A stretch of 64,000 nucleotides of DNA from Eledone cirrhosa (lineage: Eukaryota). Positions 54,419-64,000 of the stretch are shown here, piece after piece. Position numbers and translations under genes: made by a program. Where the stretch lies: contig OZ024742.1 of NCBI GenBank assembly GCA_964016885.1, positions 150,288,001 through 150,352,000 of the forward strand. Reading direction: 5' to 3'. Below the pieces are notes generated by a model. It was not told the DNA's origin, did no database searches, and saw only the letters and a program-made list of their open reading frames with translations. Position 1 is the first letter of the stretch; each line of letters begins with the position of its first letter.

Positions 54419-54603
54419 CTTTTTTTGTTTAATATAAGGAATTGTTTATTCATTATTTGTTTAATATTTTATCTTGACTCTGTATACCGTTTATCTTTCA
54501 CCGAAAGTGGATTTTCATTACATCTCTTCTTTCCATGATATCCGGAATACATTGAGTTCTTCATACGGATTGGACACTACCGTAAACTCTTGGTAGATTT
54601 ATC

Positions 54604-54674
54604 TACATATATACATATATATATATACATATATATATATACATATATACATATACATATATACATATATACAT

Positions 54675-54723
<49 letters not shown>

Positions 54724-55188
54724 CATATATACATATATACATATACATATATATATATACATATATACATATATATATATACATATATATGTATACATAT
54801 ATATACATATATACATATATATATATACATATATATGTATACATATATATACATATATACATATATATATATACATATATATACATATACATATATATAT
54901 ACATATATATATATACATATACATATATACATATACATATATATATATACATATATATATATACATATACATATATACATATACATATATATATATACAT
55001 ACATATACATATATATATATACATATATATACATATATACATATATATATATACATATATATACATATACATATATATATACATATATATATATACATAT
55101 ACATATATACATATACATATATACATATATATACATATATATACATATATACATATATACATATATATAGATATATATATACATATAT

Positions 55189-55237
<49 letters not shown>

Positions 55238-55304
55238 CATATATACATATACATACATATATACATATACATATATATACATATATACATATATATACAT
55301 ATAT

Positions 55305-55349
<45 letters not shown>

Positions 55350-55400
55350 CATATATACATATACATATATATACATATATATATATATACATATATATAC

Positions 55401-55433
<33 letters not shown>

Positions 55434-55434
55434 C

Positions 55435-55465
<31 letters not shown>

Positions 55466-55668
55466 CATATATACATATACATATATACATATATACATAT
55501 ATATATACATATATACATATATACATATATATATACATATACATATATATACATACATATATACATATATATAAACATATACATATATATACATATATAT
55601 ATATATATACATATATATACATATATACATATATACATATATATATATATACATATATATACATATAT
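54604..55668. repeat. (TA)n/(TACA) compound microsatellite
   Basis: Direct reading. Confidence 0.97.
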
Positions 55669-56502
<834 letters not shown>

Positions 56503-56951
56503 TAAAAATAAAATAAAAACACACATGCAAACACACACACACACACACACACAATTATATACATACACACATACATACATACACACATACACACACACAT
56601 ATATGTGTATATATATACATACACATACATATACACATACATACAAACATAAATATCAACATATCCATACATACACAAACATATATACAACCACACACAC
56701 ATATATATATATATACACATACATATCCATACACATATACATACACATACATACATACATACACACAATCATACGTATATACACACGTACATTCATACAC
56801 ATACATACACACATATATACACGCATACATACGCATGCACAAAAATAGAAATATATACACACACCTCTACATACTCACACACACAAATAAATATAAGAAA
56901 AAATATATAATAATAAAAAATAAAAATAAATATAAAGACTATTATAATGTT

Positions 56952-57051
56952 TTCTTTATTAACCACAAGGGTTCACATAAAGTAGACATTAAGGACAGTA
57001 CAGGACAATACAGGACGGTACAAATGGGCATTTCTGCGTGTAAAAAAACAG
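56952..57051 (-). mobile_element. ~100-bp Tx1 3'-end insertion with 6-bp TSD AATGTT
   Basis: Similar to 1084-1175; absent from the homologous site near 5185; TSD at 56946-56951 and 57052-57057. Confidence 0.7.
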
Positions 57052-57414
57052 AATGTTGACAGCGATACAGGCAACAAATAAATGAACAAACACACGTGGT
57101 AAACAATACATACAAACGCACGTACACATACATACGTAAAAATAAATACATACATACACTCTCACACATAAATATACATATACAAATACATAAACACATA
57201 CATACGCATACACAATTACATACTCACACACATATACATATATACACACACATACAAATATATATATATATATATATATATATGGAAAGTTATATTTAAA
57301 ATTGTTGGGTTACAACTAGTAAATATTTATAACTGATATAAAAGCACTCGACAAATATTTGGAGTATATTTACAATATTAAATAAATGGAAAACTATATT
57401 TATAAAACCATATT

Positions 57415-57480
57415 TATTTCATTATATATATTTCGGGGATATCATATTAACAATATGCTATGCCTTCATCAGACAAAATA
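57415..57480 (-). ncRNA. Minimal type I hammerhead ribozyme motif (family of 4918-4982)
   Basis: tattttgt-CTGATGA-aggcatagcatatt gtt aatatgatatcccc-GAAA-tatata-TA-atgaaata; the flank 57286-57490 is homologous to 4550-4745. Confidence 0.75.
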
Positions 57481-58545
57481 CAATATAAACAGTTTTATAG
57501 ATAAATAGATAGATATATTCGACATACCGTAATAACACCGACTTCATTTGAAGAGGTTTACGCTGGCAGTAAAAGAATTTTACACAGAGAGAAAGAAAGA
57601 GAGAAAACAGAAAGAAAGATAGAAAACGAAGAAAAGGAAAAAAAAGAAGAGAAAGAGGAAATGCATGGAACAAATAGAGAGATGGAAAGATAGATAAAGC
57701 AAAGAACTTCATGTATAGAAACAGAAAGAGATACATATATATATAGAGAGAGGAAATAGAGATAGATACATATATATATAGAAAATTAGGTAGTGGGAGG
57801 TCAATTTTGAGTAAATGTATCAATGATACGTTTATTTATTTATTTATTTATTTAGCTCAAGTATTAATGTAAGGGAGACATATAGAGAGAGAAAGAGAAT
57901 ATAGAGAGAGGAAAAAATAGCGAGAGAAAAAAATTTAAAAATAGCCAGATATATTCGAGGCGTAAAAACCCTATGTTTTAATGTATTATTATTTATAAAA
58001 CTTACACTATATTGTAAGTATCAGTATTCCTGAATGAGACAAGTATCCAAAATGTGTGAAAATTAGTTATCTTATGTTTAGTTTTAAAAATTCATATGTT
58101 TATGTGACAGCTAGAAACATCCATGCGAATCCAACTGATTCACTCTGCAAACTCTAGGTTCACGGAAAACATTCTCAATGTGGTATAAAAATTTGAGCAT
58201 ACAAATATGTGTATTATTATTCCTGTCATTACTCTACAAGATTATCTATCAAGCAGAAATAGAGAGCAGATTTCAATATACTAATAAAAATATATATCAT
58301 AAACAAAACTAAAAATAAAAAAGATAACAATAATATAGAATATAGAATAGAAAACTAAAAAATAGAAAACTAAAAAAATATTACGAAAGAATATTACATA
58401 ATAAAAATATTATATATTAAACATACTACGTATTAAAAAATATTACGTATTAAAAATTTACATATTAAAGATATTAAAAGTAAAATAAAAAATAAAAAAT
58501 ATTATAGAATACTACAATAATAAAAAAATAAATAAAAATAAAAAT

Positions 58546-58730
58546 CTCTCTGCACTTGTCGTGACATGGTACCATGGGCCCAGCACTATGTGTCAATAAT
58601 TGTCACAAGTGTAGTGTTTGTACCCGAGTTTTCAAGTCGCTGGCTGGACTGAAAAGTCACACTCGTTTAGCGCATCAGTAGGGGTTCTCCTACATGGATA
58701 TAAAGTAGTGGCCGTACTCGAAAACGAGTT
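58546..58730 (+). mobile_element. RTE-derived element 3' fragment
   Basis: Reverse complement of 6715-6900. Confidence 0.8.
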
Positions 58731-58763
58731 GAAAATTGCAAACTCGACTGTCACCACATATTA

Positions 58764-58802
58764 TGAACCTGAAGATTGCGAAAGCATGAAAGTACTTGTT
58801 CA
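58764..58802 (+). ncRNA. Very compact type I hammerhead ribozyme motif (39 nt)
   Basis: tgaac-CTGAAGA-t tgc GAAA gca t-GAAA-gtac-TT-gttca; palindromic AAGTACTT. Confidence 0.78.
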
Positions 58803-59024
58803 ATTAACACTTAGAATTTAATATTCTATCATACTATTTCATTATAATACCATTATATATTATAAAGGATTGTAAATAAAACGAGTAAATCAGACAAAGT
58901 TGGAATTCCTCTTATTAATATAATCTTCTATACACAATCATACACACCCGTGTATATTTACCTATCTATATCTATATATATATGTATATATATATATATG
59001 TATATATATATGTATGTATATATG

Positions 59025-59153
<129 letters not shown>

Positions 59154-59194
59154 GTATATATATATGTATATATGTATATGTATATATGTATATA

Positions 59195-59275
<81 letters not shown>

Positions 59276-59405
59276 ATATATGTATATATATATATATATA
59301 TATGTATATATTTATATATATATATATGTATATATGTATATATATATATATATGTATATATGTATATATATATAAATATGTATATATGTATATATATATA
59401 TATGC

Positions 59406-59495
<90 letters not shown>

Positions 59496-59507
59496 ATATA
59501 TATATAC

Positions 59508-60420
59508 GAACATGCTAGTCTACAACACGACGGTAACATAGACAACATTGAAATTAGAATAATATCGAAACATAGAAATGACCAACCAGATAGGCAAATC
59601 AGAGAGGCCAGTGACATAGAACTTAGAAGGCCAAGGCTAAACAGAAAACATGAAAATAAATAACAACAACGCCCAAATAAACAACACTGACCTAAGAGAA
59701 GTATAAATAAATAAATAAATAGATAAATAAATAAATACATACACAAGCACAATAACAACAAACACATATAAACACACACTAGTAAAGATAGAATACATTA
59801 ACCAACACACACGCAAACGCATGCTGAGAGAAGAAGACAAAAATAAATAAATAAATCGATAAAAAGATTAAATAAAGATGGCGTAGACATACAATACAAC
59901 AGTAGGAAACATAATAGCACCACTGACGATGTTGCAGATGTGCAACGAAAGAACTTTGTTAGACTATATACATGTATTTGTGTCTATATTATATCTGTAT
60001 TTTTGACAGTAGCTCAGTCAATGGTAAACATTGAGGACCGAATAAATTAACTGATATAAAAGATACAGAAGCGAAAACCAACCAAACAGTGAGTGTGTTC
60101 TTGTATTAATTCTGGCAATATTATTACAACAATATGACCCTCCCCAAGATTTGCCTATCTGCTGGGTCAATAACCCAGCAGATAGGCAAATCAGAGAGGC
60201 CAGTGAAATAGAACCTAGAAGGCCAAGGCTAAACAGAAAAAATGAATGGAATAACAACAACACCCAAACAAACAACACTGACCTAAGAGAAGTATAAATA
60301 AATAAATAGATAAATAAATAAATACATACACAAGCACACTAACAAGAAACACATATAAACACATACTAGTAAAGATAGAATACATTAACCAATACACAGA
60401 CACCCAATCACGATCACACA
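59508..60420 (+). mobile_element. Penelope-like element 3' end: GIY-YIG C-terminus plus partial tandem pLTR, next to (TA)n
   Basis: 59508-59663 translates [51 protein letters not shown]; direct repeat ~59585-59805 / 60176-60392. Confidence 0.75.
59921..59958 (+). ncRNA. Hammerhead motif (family of 34569-34613), weak stem I
   Basis: ca-CTGACGA-t gttgca gatg tgcaac-GAAA-gaac-TT-tg. Confidence 0.65.
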
Positions 60421-61017
60421 TGAAACAAATATTGTTATATTCGTATATTACGCCACCTCCTCTATATACCAGACAAAAACAAACCTCTTATACGAAGTTA
60501 TTAAGTCTCTCTTGCTACTATTTTTAAGTTCTTATCTTTAATTATAGTATCATTAAGTTACCTCCCACTTAATTATAATTTTATTAAATTACCTTTTTTC
60601 TTAATATTAACTTACTACTTTACATAATCAACTTTATCTCCTACCGCTTGATTTCTATCCACCATAATTAGAATTTTTTGTTCTCAATCGGAAGCAACTA
60701 TTTTCTTCATAATTAAAATATGCTAAATATAGTAATTGAAATGTGCGTCATATTAATTATGAATTCTTTATATTCTTTGTAGTGTAAATTGATTATGTAT
60801 ATTATAACTCGTCTACAGTCTTGAGATACGTTAACATTCTGGATAATTTCACTAACAACAAGATGTGTGTGTGTGTAAATGTGTTTATCCATGGAGGTTA
60901 CGTTGTAATGCCGCGAGGATAAACAAGTTTAACCAATCTAAAAGCACTTTTCGTCAGAAGTACATCCCAGGCAAAATGTTAGTGATTAGGTGGGAAAAGG
61001 TTTCCGTTTAAGAAACT

Positions 61018-61114
61018 TGTATAACTGATCAAGTATGCTGATATGCCGCTGATATTGGATTACCATCTTGGTGTGATGCGAGCATACATATGCCATTGAA
61101 ATATATATTATGCA
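61018..61114 (+). ncRNA. Hammerhead motif with variant core (CTGATCA)
   Basis: tgtataa-CTGATCA-agtatgct...agcatac...-GAAA-tata-TA-ttatgca; 7-bp stem I. Confidence 0.5.
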
Positions 61115-61251
61115 ATAAAACAATTTTGTAAAAGTAACCCTATCTTAACATTTCTTAAAAGGAAACCTTGTCCCACCTAATCACTAACATTTTGCCTGGG
61201 ATGTACTTCTGACGAAAAGTGCTTTTAGATTGGTTAAACTTGTTTATGCTC

Positions 61252-61324
61252 ATACAACTGATGATGTCACATGGAGACTGTCCTATAAGCATTACATAAC
61301 CATGTCACTGAAATATATATTGTG
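61252..61324 (+). ncRNA. Type I hammerhead ribozyme motif
   Basis: atacaa-CTGATGA-tgtcacatgg...ccatgtcact-GAAA-tata-TA-ttgtg. Confidence 0.65.
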
Positions 61325-61369
61325 CAATAAAACAATTATGTAAAAGTAACCCTATCTTAACAACATATC

Positions 61370-61443
<74 letters not shown>

Positions 61444-61710
61444 TAGCCGACCAAGGTCGCAATATATGCAAATGAAAATCCAGTCGGTGTTTCTTTCATA
61501 CGCAAAAATGCATATAAGCTTGCTCTTGTCTCAGTAGCGAGATTTGAAACACAAAGGGGTGTAAATACTGAATTGAATTTCATCAAGCTCCTTCAACAAT
61601 AAGAAAGGAATATATAAAATACTCAATGGAATGTTTGTTGCAACTACATGAAAGCTGTTATTTTGTATCATTATCTTGTCAGTTAGTCAAACTAACATTA
61701 GCATTGACAA

Positions 61711-61779
<69 letters not shown>

Positions 61780-62639
61780 GGTCTCATATTATTAAATGAT
61801 ATTGTATATATTATATTTCTTACTGAAGCCTATCCCAGGGAAGGGAGAACAGCAATAGTCTGATTGAAACAGCAAAAATAAATATACTATCTCTTCATTA
61901 ATTCCTTTGGGGTGCGTCACCATAATTAAAATACGTTTTAAAAAAACATTGACCCGAGACATGTGTATGAGTGTCAGTTTTGTTCATATGCATAAATAGC
62001 TACTCACACAGACATTCATTGATACATAAATAGATTATAAATAAATTAAATTCAAAGGCAGAAAGAGCAGACAATAGTTTTATAGATAAACACAATATTC
62101 TCGCCCAATGCAACCTAAGTAATAAGATAAAATTCACTGAATGACATATGTGGTAGAAATTTTAGTGTAATATAACGTTGAACTGTTATGATAGATGGTT
62201 AAATGAATAATGATTATAAAACGCTGCAATTGGTCAAATTTAGCAATAGAAATATTAGTACTTTGGAAACGAAAATAATTTTAGTTCAATGTGTTTTGAA
62301 GAACAGTTACTGTTGCGAGTGATTCTCAAAACCAGCGGGTGGCATTTATAAATTAAATGCTCCAGAGACTTTACTGTTATGGTATAATCATTACATGCAC
62401 CATTCCGCAAACAAGACGCTCTGTAAATCAAATGATATAACTATTTCATTTTATACGAGCCAATAAAAGGAACCTCGCACATGATCGCTCGATATGCTAG
62501 AAATAGCAGACACATCTTTCTTAAACCACATTATCTTTAGAATAATGGAAGGATATATGGGATAATTTAGTCTGAGATAAATTGTTTTTTTCTATCAAGC
62601 ATATGTCTGCTGTGCCAGGCAGAGCTGGGGCAAAACAAC

Positions 62640-63160
62640 AATTACCGCTTTTGGTATTCATATTAATTTCAACTCCACGTTGTACATACACTATGCATAT
62701 TAATCTATCCTTCCCCATTCCACCTGCTTCATTGACACGTTTGCTCAGTCACCAAGAGAAAAATAACTCTAATATATCCAATCCAACAAAGTGACAGGAC
62801 TTTTCTGTGTCCCTGCCATTACCTATAAGCAATGTTTTCCAGGCCTTATTACAACCCTCAATACGTCCCCCCAAACGTTCCCTCTCTAAAGATATCTTTA
62901 GTAATATATGGAAAAATACAGCAGTGCGCCTCATTCTAAAAGATGATCATCTTTCTGATCTCGACAAGTACGAAATGTCAAATATTCCGAAACTTATCAT
63001 GCACAATCACTATCTTCGTTACATTACGACACTTCCTCTTCAAAATAGAATCCGATCTGAATATATCTCTCCTACAACAGTTCTTTCTGCTCTACAAAAA
63101 AGATGTCTGTTGTGACACAGGATAAGAGAATCTCTATACCTTTCAAAGTAAAATATTGTG
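62640..63160 (+). mobile_element. Highly degenerate CR1/Jockey-like LINE RT fragment
   Basis: WKNTAVRLILKDDHLSDLDKY resembles WK.A.V.PI.K.G..SD..NY. Confidence 0.5.
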
Positions 63161-64000
63161 AGCAACTAAGACTTCTGGGTCAAAGTCAAGCAGAAACCCA
63201 AGGGTAAACAAACCACAAAGCAAGTACAAATGGACAGGCCACACGTTAACAAGACTAGAGGGATGCTTGGCAAAATGAATATTAGAACGGGAGCGCAGAA
63301 CACCTCAGGTTTACCGAGCACAGAATTGACGGAGATAATCACATGTTTTCCCTTATAAGATAGGATACTAAACTGAACTAGATGTTAACAATTCTGTTGT
63401 TAGAGGTGAATTCGAAAGAGTTTATTCATAACAATATATACAATTAGAAATGTTTTGTTTGCCGTTATATGATGTTACCCGCAACTCCGAACTGAAATAT
63501 GTTAACTTGATTACTGCAGGATTTACAACACAACAGGCACTCAGATGATTTAGTTGGATAACCGAGACTTCATCTATTTGTAATCTACGTTCTGTCTATG
63601 TCCTAGTTAATTATTTGGCTGCCTAGTTGAGAATAGGTAACATAGCGCGATACAGTTGTGGTGTAAACCACGGTGGACCTCTAAAATGTATGCATGTTTC
63701 GTTTGCTAGTAGTTTTGGGAAGTAGCTCTTTAATATATGCCAAATGCACTATAGCATCTAGGTATCATCTACGTGGTCATTTGCCCTGGCAAAAATAGCA
63801 ATCAGATCGCTTTCAAACCACAACCTACCACTTTTAAACACAGATGAAAAGTGTACTGACCTGACTGAAGCTAGATATTTGGCTATCCTATGCATACGCT
63901 TATCAGTAGCTTTTAGTCTTGAAATGCTTAAGGCTTTTTCATTAAGTTATGTGGTGTCTATTACAAGATCCAATATACTATGAAAAGATGAAACACATTT

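Larger units (their letters stand above)
49131..54603 (+). mobile_element. Penelope-like element (Naiad-like), 5'-truncated, long 3' UTR ending in a hammerhead-bearing pLTR, inserted in a TA array
   Basis: RT plus GIY-YIG ORF, hammerhead at 54264-54418, TA/TACA arrays on both sides. The 3' boundary is inferred. Confidence 0.7.
60919..61365. repeat. Nested inverted (60919-61015 / 61151-61247) and direct (~61097-61150 / 61309-61362) repeats with two hammerhead motifs, ending at (TA)n
   Basis: Direct reading. Confidence 0.85.

Noticed and set aside
54530-54575. SECIS-like ATGA hairpin in the Naiad-like 3' end
   Set aside because: The 3' GA of the core is absent, and the visible ORF has no in-frame TGA.
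61824-61923. Minus-strand ATG...A|GTAAG phase-1 segment as a possible first exon of the Ly6 gene
   Set aside because: MVTHPKGINEEIVYLFLLFQSDYCC... is a poor signal peptide and has no other support.

Overview
Eukaryotic, AT-rich and repeat-dominated DNA, most likely an octopus/cephalopod genome (inferred from the SINE and microsatellite content). Only one host gene is supportable: two minus-strand exons (40635-40468 and 22019-21802) that splice in frame into a Ly6/three-finger (quiver/sleepless-like), probably GPI-anchored protein; its first exon was not found. The rest is retroelements and microsatellites: RTE, Tx1/L1, R4/Dong elements stacked in (CATA)n, CRE, CR1-like, a Gypsy gag relic, a Naiad-like Penelope element with RT and GIY-YIG domains, and many tRNA-derived SINEs. 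The most striking signal is a dense set of about 17 minimal type I hammerhead-ribozyme motifs, roughly 12 with intact cores. They belong to several sequence families and show compensatory stem changes. They sit in fold-back inverted repeats or tandem units next to (TA)n arrays, which points to a Penelope/retrozyme-like non-coding mobile RNA system that also appears to carry microsatellite DNA. All calls were made by eye; no searches or folding programs were run.
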